In this document: piece by piece, positions 1 through 8,869 of the stretch
Layout of the letters: each line of letters begins with the position of its first letter
Numbering within the stretch: the first letter of the stretch is position 1
NCBI GenBank assembly: GCA_016787005.1
Contig: JAEUTS010000295.1
Span: 1-47,766 of the forward strand
Source of the DNA: Bacteroidia bacterium
GTDB lineage: Bacteria > Bacteroidota > Bacteroidia > JABDFU01
Direction: 5' to 3'
DNA: 47,766 nt
Program-made: the position numbers and the translations under genes
Notes under the pieces: generated by a model
What the model was told of the DNA's origin: nothing
Seen by the model: only the letters and a program-made list of their open reading frames with translations
Database searches by the model: none

Positions 1-483
1 CCCATTTCTAAGAAAATACTCTCTCCAAACACCCTCTTCTTTAAAGCCAATTTTTTTATAAAGATTAATGGCTGCACTATTATGTTCATGCACACCAAGT
101 TGAATGCGATGAAGGTTTAATTTGTTAAATGCATGTTCAATTATTAATTCTGATGCTTCAAATGCATAACCTTTTCCCGATTCTTCAGGATCGCCAAGTA
201 AAATAGCATAAGTTCCCCTTTTATGAACCCAGTCTATTTGGCCAATTTCAATATTACCAATATGTTTATTATTCTCATTAAGCTTAATGGCAAGCCATAA
301 ATCATTTTTACTTTGACTTTTTTGATTAAAATATTGCACCAATGATTCCCTGGTATGGGGAAATTGAGCATGTTGAGTAAAATAATCATTCTCCTGTGAA
401 TTTATCCATTCGGAATACCCTCCCTCAAGATCGTTAATTGATAATGGGCATAATGAAACCCTTGCTCCAACCAAAAAAGACAT
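1..483 (-). CDS. GNAT-family N-acetyltransferase, C-terminus cut by window edge (possible PseH-type acetyltransferase)
   Basis: Not in the ORF track because it runs off the window. Hand translation from the reverse-strand ATG at 481-483 gives 161 codons with no stop down to position 1: MSFLVGARVSLCPLSINDLEGGYSEWINSQENDYFTQHAQF...LHRIQLGVHEHNSAAINLYKKIGFKEEGVWREYFLRNG. This is a RimJ/RimL-like GNAT pattern. Same strand as the upstream gene and 42 bp downstream of it. Confidence 0.6.
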   Translation of the reverse strand, partial: MSFLVGARVSLCPLSINDLEGGYSEWINSQENDYFTQHAQFPHTRESLVQYFNQKSQSKNDLWLAIKLNENNKHIGNIEIGQIDWVHKRGTYAILLGDPEESGKGYAFEASELIIEHAFNKLNLHRIQLGVHEHNSAAINLYKKIGFKEEGVWREYFLRNG

Positions 484-525
484 GATAATGTTATTTATTG
501 TAAAATTAGCTAATATTTTTTGAAA

Positions 526-1506
526 TTAGCCGGGAAACTGAGCCCTTATTGCCTTATGCACCTGATTTATAGTATTGACCACTGTGCCTATATTAAGGTG
601 ATACAAGGGATCTGAATAGCCCGTTGGACAATAACGTATGATGTTCTTCCCTATGATTTGGGCTTCTATAAGTATATTTGAGGAAATACCAATAATCAGG
701 TCAGAATGATAAATGAGGTTGTTGGTATGTGATGTATCTGTTATTTTACTATTTACCCCTTGTGGATCATATTTTGATAAAACTTCCTTAAGTAATTCTG
801 CTTTTTGATTAGGATGCGGCTTTACCAATAAAATAGCCGAAGGAACATCTTTCTGAAAAAGTTCCAGTAATGTCCTGAGTATAGTGGTTTCATCAAAGCC
901 GTATTTTTCAACTCCTCCGACATTACTGAATGGTTCAGGTACGTAAAGGATCAATTTATTTTTATCCGTTAATTTTAAGCTCAAAATATCGGATAGGTTT
1001 TTCTTTGAAAGGAGGGAATGCCAGCTCTTCAGGAATTCGTGGTAGGGATTGCCGGTAATTTTAATTATTTCTTCAGGAACACCCTCAGTCAAAGCAATTT
1101 TTGAAGCTTCGGGATCGATCAGCCATAGTTCATCCGGATAATATATATTTTCCTGATGAATAAACCTTTTTTTTATGTTGGTCCAGTGATCCACAAACGC
1201 ATAACTCCTGATCTTCTTATCGGTGGCAATTTTTAACGTCTCAATTTCAATAATTGAAGTATAGGACGTACCGGTAAAAATATAGTCGGGTTTAATTTTT
1301 TCAATCTGTTCCTGAATCAGGTCCGAGTCACTATGGGTTACATTAAATCCAAAGTCATCATAAAAGTCATAGTTCCGGTCAGAAAATATGTGGAGGTCGG
1401 TTTCCCCTTCACGTTTCAGTCCTGAGGCTACTGCAAGTACTCCTTTTGCTCCGCCCGGATCACTAAAAACGAAAATACCTCTTCTATTATAAAATTGTTT
1501 AAACAC
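526..1506 (-). CDS. Uncharacterised GT-B-like protein of the Pse operon (candidate CMP-nonulosonate transferase)
   Basis: 326-aa ORF with a GTG start that overlaps the upstream stop by 1 nt. Gly-rich N-terminus (GIFVFSDPGGAKGVLAVASGL). C-terminal half has LLVKPHPNQK and IIGISSNILIEAQIIGKNII, reminiscent of GT-B transferases that use CMP/CDP-activated donors (TagB/F, KpsS, sialyltransferase HP motif). The function is inferred. Confidence 0.5.
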   Translation of the reverse strand: MFKQFYNRRGIFVFSDPGGAKGVLAVASGLKREGETDLHIFSDRNYDFYDDFGFNVTHSDSDLIQEQIEKIKPDYIFTGTSYTSIIEIETLKIATDKKIRSYAFVDHWTNIKKRFIHQENIYYPDELWLIDPEASKIALTEGVPEEIIKITGNPYHEFLKSWHSLLSKKNLSDILSLKLTDKNKLILYVPEPFSNVGGVEKYGFDETTILRTLLELFQKDVPSAILLVKPHPNQKAELLKEVLSKYDPQGVNSKITDTSHTNNLIYHSDLIIGISSNILIEAQIIGKNIIRYCPTGYSDPLYHLNIGTVVNTINQVHKAIRAQFPG

Positions 1507-2795
1507 TATAAAAGATCTTTATAATTTTCTGCTACCTTATTGAATGCATTTACAACATCCTGAAGATCATTTCTACTCATTCCTGGACGCATAAATTCAT
1601 GCGTGAATAATTTTTCATAATGCAACTCTTCCGCATTCGGACAAATACCTTTATCATAATTTACTTTTCCCGTGTAGCGAGGACAATTAAAAGAGCAATT
1701 ACTCATTCGTTGTTGATAAATAGGTTGAAGATAAAGAGGCTTAACGTAGCCATATGCTATCAACGGGGTGTTTTCTCTAAGTATTGCGGATGGCAGTTCT
1801 GCTTTAATGGCATCAATGAAAGTATTCCTGGGAATTCCAATAACTTTTTTGTCAAATTTATAAGCTTGTAAATAATAAACATGTTTACTTGATGATTCGA
1901 TCATTGGTGGGGTAAGTCCATTAATTTTTCTCAGCTCTTTGGCTAAAAAATCAGCATTTTCAATGCGTTCATTTAATAAGTTGGGTAGCTTTTTTAACTG
2001 TTCTATTCCAATGGCAGCTTCTATTTCAGTCATCCTGAAATTAAAGCCATGCGTATTCAATAAGTCAGAGGTACCTTTTGCTTCAACAACCTGTTCACCA
2101 TGATTCCTGATTAGAAGAAGTTTTTCTGCAATCCGATCATTATTTGTAATAAGTATACCCCCTTCACCTGTGTGGATATGCTTATGGTAATTAAGGCTGA
2201 AAACACCAATATCTCCAATTGTTCCCACAAATTTGTCTTTGTATTTAGCCATTGGTGCTTGTGCGCAATCTTCAATTACTTTAAGGTTGTATTTCCCGGC
2301 AATTTGCATGATCTCGTCCATTTTAGATGGGTTTCCGAAAATATGCACCATCAGGATGGCTTTTGTTCTTAACGTGATACGCTGTTCAATACTTTTAGGA
2401 TCTAGTCCGAAATTCTCCGGGTCAACGTCCGCAAAAACAGGAACAGCACCATAGATTAATGGGGCTATTGCCCCGGCAGACATAGTATAAGGAGAAACAA
2501 TAACCTCATCACCCGGTTGAATTCCACAGGCACCAATAGCTGCGATTAGTCCAGATGTGTTAGAGTTTACACTTATAGCATGTTTTATTCCAAATGCTGA
2601 AGCCCATGATTGCTCAAATTCCTGTACCATAGGCCCTCCGAAAAAATCTTTATGCCATGCTCCTAAAAACTGAGATAAGTTTCCGCTGTCCAGTACTTTC
2701 ATAACTGTTTTTTTTTCCTCATCACCAATGGTGTTATAGGCGGGGAATAGCTTGGTCCGTACTGGTTGTCCTCCTTTTATTGCGAGTTTGCTCAT
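1506..2795 (-). CDS. DegT/DnrJ/EryC1/StrS-family PLP-dependent sugar aminotransferase (long 429-aa form)
   Basis: The N-terminal region through FSLNYHKHIHTGEGG (Lys in the expected PLP position) is typical of the family. Lies in the operon. Confidence 0.85.
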   Translation of the reverse strand: MSKLAIKGGQPVRTKLFPAYNTIGDEEKKTVMKVLDSGNLSQFLGAWHKDFFGGPMVQEFEQSWASAFGIKHAISVNSNTSGLIAAIGACGIQPGDEVIVSPYTMSAGAIAPLIYGAVPVFADVDPENFGLDPKSIEQRITLRTKAILMVHIFGNPSKMDEIMQIAGKYNLKVIEDCAQAPMAKYKDKFVGTIGDIGVFSLNYHKHIHTGEGGILITNNDRIAEKLLLIRNHGEQVVEAKGTSDLLNTHGFNFRMTEIEAAIGIEQLKKLPNLLNERIENADFLAKELRKINGLTPPMIESSSKHVYYLQAYKFDKKVIGIPRNTFIDAIKAELPSAILRENTPLIAYGYVKPLYLQPIYQQRMSNCSFNCPRYTGKVNYDKGICPNAEELHYEKLFTHEFMRPGMSRNDLQDVVNAFNKVAENYKDLL

Positions 2796-2798
2796 AGG

Positions 2799-3725
2799 TT
2801 ATTGTATATATTCAAGCATTTTTTTATTTAATAATAAACTGTTTTCAAAATTTGAATAAGTGTTAACCCTGTTGTTTAATGCGTCAACTGCCGCATCAAT
2901 CACTGGTTGCATATAATCTTTGATACAATCAGTCGCATGAAAAATTTCTGTACAGTCACTGTTTTTTAAAGATGTAATAATAATATCATTTCCCGAATTG
3001 CTGAAACTTATCTTATGACCTGTAAAACATAATTCTATCTCCCAAACGGTAGTCTTACTATGAGGGATACCGGTTATAATAATGGGCTTTGTGTAAAGCT
3101 CGCCCTTTAAGCTTAGTGTAGGGTCGTTTAGGAATACATCATATGTTTTATCAATGACTTTTATTTTTGACAGATTTATTTCCTCATCAAATAAAAACTC
3201 TATCAGGTCAAAGGCGTGTGAAACATTGTTTAGAAATCCTCTTGTATATTTTATTGATATTTCTGAAAGGCTTTCCGTATTCAAATACTTTGAGTAATTA
3301 TTTTTGAGATATATGTAGACCGGCTGGAAACGTCGTATGTAATTAACAATTATTTTTGATTTTGATTCTAAAAATACAGATTGAATATCATCCAATTCCT
3401 GTTTAATTAATGATATAGGTTTTTCACAAATAATTATTTTGGTATTAATTTTCAGTAAAATATTCAAATATTGAATGTGATAATTAGTCGGAACACAAAT
3501 GCTGACCAGGTCAAATTTTTTCAACTCGTCAGATGTAATTTCATTTAAAATATGACAACTATATTTCTCTGCAATTTTTTTTGATAATTTTTTATCCGAA
3601 TCAAATATCCATAGTTCTATCAGTTTGTTTTTTGAGAATGCTTTCGTATGGGTTTTTACAGAATCATTATCGAGATCATATAGCGCGCCGATATTGCCAC
3701 AACCAACAACAAGAGCCTTATACAT
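2799..3725 (-). CDS. Gfo/Idh/MocA-family NAD(P)-dependent sugar oxidoreductase
   Basis: Rossmann start MYKALVVGCGNIGALYD and a CEKP motif (IIICEKPISL). I prefer the ATG at 3725 (M9 of the track ORF) because it places the Rossmann motif at the N-terminus and gives an 8-nt ATGTATAA overlap with the pseF stop. Confidence 0.7.
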   Translation of the reverse strand: MYKALVVGCGNIGALYDLDNDSVKTHTKAFSKNKLIELWIFDSDKKLSKKIAEKYSCHILNEITSDELKKFDLVSICVPTNYHIQYLNILLKINTKIIICEKPISLIKQELDDIQSVFLESKSKIIVNYIRRFQPVYIYLKNNYSKYLNTESLSEISIKYTRGFLNNVSHAFDLIEFLFDEEINLSKIKVIDKTYDVFLNDPTLSLKGELYTKPIIITGIPHSKTTVWEIELCFTGHKISFSNSGNDIIITSLKNSDCTEIFHATDCIKDYMQPVIDAAVDALNNRVNTYSNFENSLLLNKKMLEYIQ

Positions 3726-4422
3726 TGTGTTTGTTTTTGAATAACTCATATTTTATCTCTGCTATTTTCCAGTCTTCTTCATTGTCAATGTCCTGAACTT
3801 CTGACTCAGGAATAATCATTGGCAAGGAGTTGTCTGAAAACAGTTTTTTGCTTTTTTCAAATTTTAAAGTGTTTAAATAGTAGAATTGTCCGCAATCATG
3901 GTAAGCTTTCGGAAGATCCTGAGACCTTGAATTCATATATTCCGGCCAGAACATTTTAATTTTTCCATCTTCGATCTTTATGGATCTGAAAATAGGGAAG
4001 CTGAACATGGTAACCGGAATTACCGAATCCGCACCGGAGTTCGAAAGAAGCTCACGTGCTTCAATAAGTTTTTGTGCAGTAACAAATGGGGCAGTAGGGT
4101 ATATGCAGCACACATGTGTAAATTCACTATTGAGTTTTCGATAACATTCCAATACTTCAAGAATTACATCTGCTGTCGTTGAATGGTCATCTGAATTTTG
4201 TTCAGATCTTATAAACGGGACTTTCGCTCCTGATTTTTTTGCTATCTCAGCAATTTCCATATCATCTGTTGATACCATAACTTCATCAAAACAATTTGAC
4301 AAAAGGGCTGCATCAATGGAATATTTAATAATAGGCGACCCCATAAAATTTTTTATGTTCTTACGGGGAATCCTTTTGCTTTTTCCTCTTGCGGGTATTA
4401 TGGCTAATGATTTTTTTATCAT
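3718..4422 (-). CDS. pseF: CMP-nonulosonate cytidylyltransferase (pseudaminic acid cytidylyltransferase by context)
   Basis: N-terminal SLAIIPARGKSKRIPRKNIKNF is the CMP-NeuAc-synthetase/PseF family signature. Adjacent to the synthase gene. Confidence 0.75.
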   Translation of the reverse strand: MIKKSLAIIPARGKSKRIPRKNIKNFMGSPIIKYSIDAALLSNCFDEVMVSTDDMEIAEIAKKSGAKVPFIRSEQNSDDHSTTADVILEVLECYRKLNSEFTHVCCIYPTAPFVTAQKLIEARELLSNSGADSVIPVTMFSFPIFRSIKIEDGKIKMFWPEYMNSRSQDLPKAYHDCGQFYYLNTLKFEKSKKLFSDNSLPMIIPESEVQDIDNEEDWKIAEIKYELFKNKHNV

Positions 4423-4441
4423 GTATAGTAATAAATAATGC

Positions 4442-5500
4442 TTATGTAATAAGGTCCCATGTAAGTGGTGTACCGGCTTTTAGATCTGCTTTGGCTGTTT
4501 TGTCAAGAACCTGTTCATAAAATTTAGGTGCTATTCCAAATCCGGGGCGTATGATCCGAATATTATTGTGATTAATGACTTCTCCTTTTTTAATATTGGC
4601 GGATATGTAAATGGATCTTTTAAATGATATTGATTTTTTTTCTTCTTCAGTTATTTCATAGCTTACGTTTCCAATTGAGAGCCATGCTCTTTTGGATTCT
4701 TCAACAAGTTGTTTTAATTCATGCGGCTCCAGCGAGAAAGCACTGTCAACGCCCCCTTCAGCCCTGCTTAACGTAAAATGTTTTTCAACAACTACGGCAC
4801 CTAATGCTACTGCAGCTACTGCCACACCAATTCCCATTGTGTGATCTGATAAGCCAATAGGACAACTAAATCTATTTTGCATTTCCGGAATAGTTCTCAG
4901 GTTGCTTGATTCCGGTGATGCAGGATAACTGCTGGTACATTTCAATAAAATTAAATCAGTGCAGGCATTTTCCTTTAACACACTTACAGATTCGGATAAT
5001 TCACTTAAAGTTGTAATTCCGGTAGACATAATAACAGGTTTTCCTGTTTTAGCGACTTTTGACAACAAATGATGATAATTGTTTTCAAATGAAGCAATTT
5101 TATAAAATGGGTTTCCAAGACTTTCCAGAAAGTCGACTGAAGACTCATCAAAGGGCGTGCTAAAACATAGGATACCCCGTTCCTTTGCTCTTTTAAATAA
5201 AGCTTCATGCCATTCCCACGGAGTGTAGGCCTCATTATACAGATCATATAATTCTCTGCCAAACCATAACGATTTTTTATCAGAGATGGTATAGGCTCCT
5301 TTTATAGTTAAGGTGTCTGCGGTATATGTTTGAAGTTTTATAGCATCCGCACCGGATTCTGCCGCGGCATCAATTATTGATAAGGCTTTCTCGAGCGAAT
5401 GATTATGGTTCCCGCTCATTTCAGCAATAATAAAGGGGGGGTGTTTGCTTCCGATAAGCTTTGTGCCTAGTTTAATATCTTTGGTTATTTCAACATTCAT
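4442..5500 (-). CDS. pseI: NeuB-family nonulosonate synthase, pseudaminic acid synthase by context
   Basis: PPFIIAEMSGNHNHSLEKALSIIDAAAESGADAIKLQTY is the NeuB family core. C-terminal SAF-like tail (IRIIRPGFGIAP). Co-located with a PseG-like gene. Confidence 0.8.
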   Translation of the reverse strand: MNVEITKDIKLGTKLIGSKHPPFIIAEMSGNHNHSLEKALSIIDAAAESGADAIKLQTYTADTLTIKGAYTISDKKSLWFGRELYDLYNEAYTPWEWHEALFKRAKERGILCFSTPFDESSVDFLESLGNPFYKIASFENNYHHLLSKVAKTGKPVIMSTGITTLSELSESVSVLKENACTDLILLKCTSSYPASPESSNLRTIPEMQNRFSCPIGLSDHTMGIGVAVAAVALGAVVVEKHFTLSRAEGGVDSAFSLEPHELKQLVEESKRAWLSIGNVSYEITEEEKKSISFKRSIYISANIKKGEVINHNNIRIIRPGFGIAPKFYEQVLDKTAKADLKAGTPLTWDLIT

Positions 5501-6368
5501 TTGATAGAATTTTTCCGGATTTAAAAGAATGAGCTTTAAAATTCTCTATCTTATAAAGTTCAATTACCCCATTTGTAGTTTTTACAAACAAGCTGTTTTT
5601 ACCTACTTTAAGTATAAGGCCATTCTCCATATCATAAATGTACCCCAAATCTGAAAGCCGTGATGCGTGAATAATTATTTTTGTTTTATTGTAATAGGTA
5701 AATGCTCCGGGGTAGGGGGCCGATAAGGCCCTGACCCAATTATACAGCCGTTCTTTTTGCCAGGACCAATTAATTAATCCATCCTCGGGTACTCTTTTAC
5801 CAAAAAAGCTGATTTTAGTTATATCCTGACGTACAGGTTTTACTGTTCCACGTTTAATTTTTGAAATAATTTTTTTAATAAGTAAAGGATATCTGCGGGC
5901 AAATTTTTCAATCAGATTATATCCGGTATCGTCAGGGCCAATTGGAATGGTGACCTGCTCAATAATATCACCGGAATCACATTCCGCTGTGATCAAATGC
6001 GCGGAAATGCCGGTCACATTTTCGTTGTTTATTATTGCCCATATATGCGGAGCTCTTCCCCTGTATTTGGGAAGAAGCGCACCATGGATATTAAAGGCCA
6101 TTTTGAGTGGAAGGCGTATCAGGTCATTCTCAATCAGATAAAGGTAATTTACAGAGATTAAAATATCAATGACCTTATCATATATAAATCCGGAAACATT
6201 TCCATTTCTGGGATTACCAATGAAAATAGGGATGTTATTAGTATTGGCATATTTTATAATTTCAGTCGAGTTTTTATCTGTACAAATAAATACCAGGTCA
6301 TGATCATGGTAAAGATCTTTAATACAAACCAACCCGAGGTAACCACTTGCTAATATGCCTGCTTTCAT
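5490..6368 (-). CDS. Fmt/ArnA-N-like formyltransferase (predicted sugar N-formyltransferase)
   Basis: FNIHGALLPKYRGRAPHIWAIIN (formyl_trans_N catalytic region) plus an Fmt-C-like region (ALSAPYPGAFTYY). Overlaps the pseI start by 11 nt. Confidence 0.75.
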   Translation of the reverse strand: MKAGILASGYLGLVCIKDLYHDHDLVFICTDKNSTEIIKYANTNNIPIFIGNPRNGNVSGFIYDKVIDILISVNYLYLIENDLIRLPLKMAFNIHGALLPKYRGRAPHIWAIINNENVTGISAHLITAECDSGDIIEQVTIPIGPDDTGYNLIEKFARRYPLLIKKIISKIKRGTVKPVRQDITKISFFGKRVPEDGLINWSWQKERLYNWVRALSAPYPGAFTYYNKTKIIIHASRLSDLGYIYDMENGLILKVGKNSLFVKTTNGVIELYKIENFKAHSFKSGKILSNEC

Positions 6369-6404
6369 ATACTATATGCTTTATTCGGTAATTGCATGTC
6401 GTAT

Positions 6405-6412
6405 CAAAGATA
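6405..6412 (-). promoter_or_regulatory. Candidate internal -7 box (TAtcTTTG on minus strand)
   Basis: Plus-strand caaagata is the reverse complement of tatctttg. It sits 37 nt upstream of the formyltransferase ATG, in the only sizeable (91 bp) gap of the operon. Confidence 0.3.
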
Positions 6413-6459
6413 ATGTAAAGTCTTATAAAATGTGAACAGGATATTCCGGGTTTGCCCTC

Positions 6460-7485
6460 TTAAATTGATCGGAATATATTTAATATTTGCTCAGGAGCTC
6501 TTTTATTGATGAGTTTTTTCTGGTTAGAATAGTGTTGTTGAAACAGAGGTTTCATGGATTCGATATTTAAGAATAAATTATACAATTCAACTTCAGAAAT
6601 AGCGTTGAAATCTCCAATATTCAATATAGCTGCTGCATTGTCAAATCCTGTAAGTATATCCGTTTGATTGTCGGCTGTTTTTCCTGAAATGACAGGTATT
6701 CCAATTGCGCAGGCTTCGTACAAGGTTGTACTGGCCGGACAGATCATCAGATGGGAAACCTCAATCATATTGATTATTTCATTAGCTGAAAGATTGACAC
6801 TGATACTAATTTGTTTAAACAGACCATTGTTTTTAATGAATGTATTAATCGTTTCAATATGCATATTTGCGGCTCCTACAATTATATTGATCTTAGCATT
6901 GGGAATCGCCATTATTAACTGCCTTGCAATTTTTAAGGAGTTATTTTCAACATCAGCTCCACCCATACTGATTAAAAATGTATTGAATATGTTTATCTCC
7001 CTAGATTTGACTCCAATGTAAAAGTCCTTTCGGAGTATTGCGTATTCTAAGCCTAAGAATAATTTTGTATAAGGTTCAATAGAGTAGGAGGTCGGCTTAA
7101 TTCCGGGGGCATGATTAATTACTGCATCAGCACAAAAATGAAAAGCATGAATATCATCAATGCATATCACTTTCACTTCGAGCTTTTTGAGCTTTTTTTG
7201 ATAAGAAGTTGTGAATTGATAACCATCAAGGACCACAATATCGTCCTTTCTCATAATTGAAGAAAATTGTTTTATTTCTTCATCTTCATCAATACTCTCC
7301 GTAATTTTTATGGTGTTAAGCTGATTAAATTGAAATGCTAAAACTTCGGGGATTGTTTTAGTTATCAGGCTGCATTTGAATTGATCAGATATGATCTCAA
7401 AAAGAGAGTAACATCGCATCAGGTGGCCCAATCCGAGAGTAGGTGAGCCATCTGCCCTGAAAAATATTTGTGGTTTAATGTTCAA
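6460..7485 (-). CDS. pseG: UDP-2,4-diacetamido-2,4,6-trideoxy-beta-L-altropyranose hydrolase
   Basis: N-terminus IFFRADGSPTLGLGHLMRCYSL matches the PseG signature (RAD..x.GxGHxMR). GT-B-like C-terminal half (ICPASTTLYEACAIGIPVI). Confidence 0.7.
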   Translation of the reverse strand: MNIKPQIFFRADGSPTLGLGHLMRCYSLFEIISDQFKCSLITKTIPEVLAFQFNQLNTIKITESIDEDEEIKQFSSIMRKDDIVVLDGYQFTTSYQKKLKKLEVKVICIDDIHAFHFCADAVINHAPGIKPTSYSIEPYTKLFLGLEYAILRKDFYIGVKSREINIFNTFLISMGGADVENNSLKIARQLIMAIPNAKINIIVGAANMHIETINTFIKNNGLFKQISISVNLSANEIINMIEVSHLMICPASTTLYEACAIGIPVISGKTADNQTDILTGFDNAAAILNIGDFNAISEVELYNLFLNIESMKPLFQQHYSNQKKLINKRAPEQILNIFRSI

Positions 7486-7517
7486 ATCCTTTAATTAAAT
7501 AGAAATAAAAAAAATGT

Positions 7518-8267
7518 TCAACATAATCTTACGGGTTTTCCGATTGCCTGCAATTCCTTTTTAATATCCAGCGGTGTAAACTGAGTGAAACTAAAGATAC
7601 TGGAAGATCCGACTGCTTCAACATTGGTATTGGTAAACAACTCTTTATAATGATGTAGATCGCCTCCGCCTCCCAATGCTATCAATGGTAATTTTGATGC
7701 GGTTTCAACCAATCTAATAAGTTGGCAATCGAACCCATTCATCATTCCATCGTTATCCACGGCATTTACAATTAATTCGCCGGCACCTGAATCTTCAACC
7801 ATTCTTACAAAATCAATAACATCTATGTCAACTCCAAGGTTATTATATATTTTATATCCATCTCCGTGCTTTTTAGCGTCAACTGCAATGGTGATACATT
7901 GGCTTCCAAAAAAGTCAGAGGCCTCTTTTACAAATTCAGGATTGATAAGGGCTTTGGATTTGACGATAACTTTATCAGCTCCGATCCTGAGTAGATCATT
8001 GATATCCCAGAGGTCGCTTATCCCTCCGCCAATACCTACAGGCATATAGCATTCTTTGATTACGTCTTGAATAATCGGGAGGTTAATCTTTCTCTTTTGC
8101 TTTGATGCCAATATGTCAATGAAAACCAACTCATCCACCCCCCTTGCATTAAATACCTTAGCAGCTTGTATTGGATTTCCAAGCATTCTTGGATTAGAAA
8201 ATTGTTTTGTTTTAACTAATCCAATTCCATTAAAGGTGAGTACAGGTATAACTCTGATTTTAAGCAT
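7518..8267 (-). CDS. HisF-like imidazole-glycerol-phosphate-synthase cyclase paralogue (WbuZ type)
   Basis: MLKIRVIPVLTFNG...GGGISDLWDINDLLRIGADKVIV...ALGGGG. I chose the ATG at 8267 over the TTG at 8276. It gives an 8-nt ATGCTTAA overlap with the upstream stop. Confidence 0.85.
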   Translation of the reverse strand: MLKIRVIPVLTFNGIGLVKTKQFSNPRMLGNPIQAAKVFNARGVDELVFIDILASKQKRKINLPIIQDVIKECYMPVGIGGGISDLWDINDLLRIGADKVIVKSKALINPEFVKEASDFFGSQCITIAVDAKKHGDGYKIYNNLGVDIDVIDFVRMVEDSGAGELIVNAVDNDGMMNGFDCQLIRLVETASKLPLIALGGGGDLHHYKELFTNTNVEAVGSSSIFSFTQFTPLDIKKELQAIGKPVRLC

Positions 8268-8868
8268 TGATTTCAAAAAAGGATTTTAACAGCTGTAGTC
8301 CGGCACTTTGGCTTTTCTCCGGATGAAATTGTGTGCCAAAAATATTTTCTTTTTGTACACTTGAAACAATATCAATTCCGTAGTTTACTGTGGAAGAGAC
8401 CAGAGCGGGATCTTTAACTTTCAAATGGTAACTGTGAATAAAATAAAAATCCAAACTGGTTAGATCAGAAAAATATCGGGAGTTGATAACATTAACAGAA
8501 TTCCAGCCTAGGTGGGGAATTCTTTTTTCTTTTGTATTAATTTTAATTACTTCTCCTTTAATCCATCCCATGCCATTGGTTTCATGAGGCTCCGAGCCTT
8601 TCTGAGCGAGTAATTGCATTCCTAAACAAATTCCCAAAAAAGGTTTTTTTTTATTAATTACCTGATCAGTAAGCAAATCAACCAGGCCATATTTTTTAAG
8701 GTTATTCATCCCCTGGCTAAAAGAACCCACACCGGGTAAAATAATATATCCGGATTTATTAATTATGTCGGAATTATTGGAAATAACATTTTCAATATTC
8801 AAAAAGTTTAAGGCTTTTTGAACGGAGGCAACATTGCCCATTCCATAATCAATTATTACGGCTGCCAC
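8260..8868 (-). CDS. HisH-like class-I glutamine amidotransferase paralogue (WbuY type)
   Basis: VIIDYGMGN, ILPGVGSF, nucleophile-elbow GICLGMQLL and QFHPEKS. Confidence 0.85.
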   Translation of the reverse strand: MAAVIIDYGMGNVASVQKALNFLNIENVISNNSDIINKSGYIILPGVGSFSQGMNNLKKYGLVDLLTDQVINKKKPFLGICLGMQLLAQKGSEPHETNGMGWIKGEVIKINTKEKRIPHLGWNSVNVINSRYFSDLTSLDFYFIHSYHLKVKDPALVSSTVNYGIDIVSSVQKENIFGTQFHPEKSQSAGLQLLKSFFEINA

Positions 8869-8869
8869 T

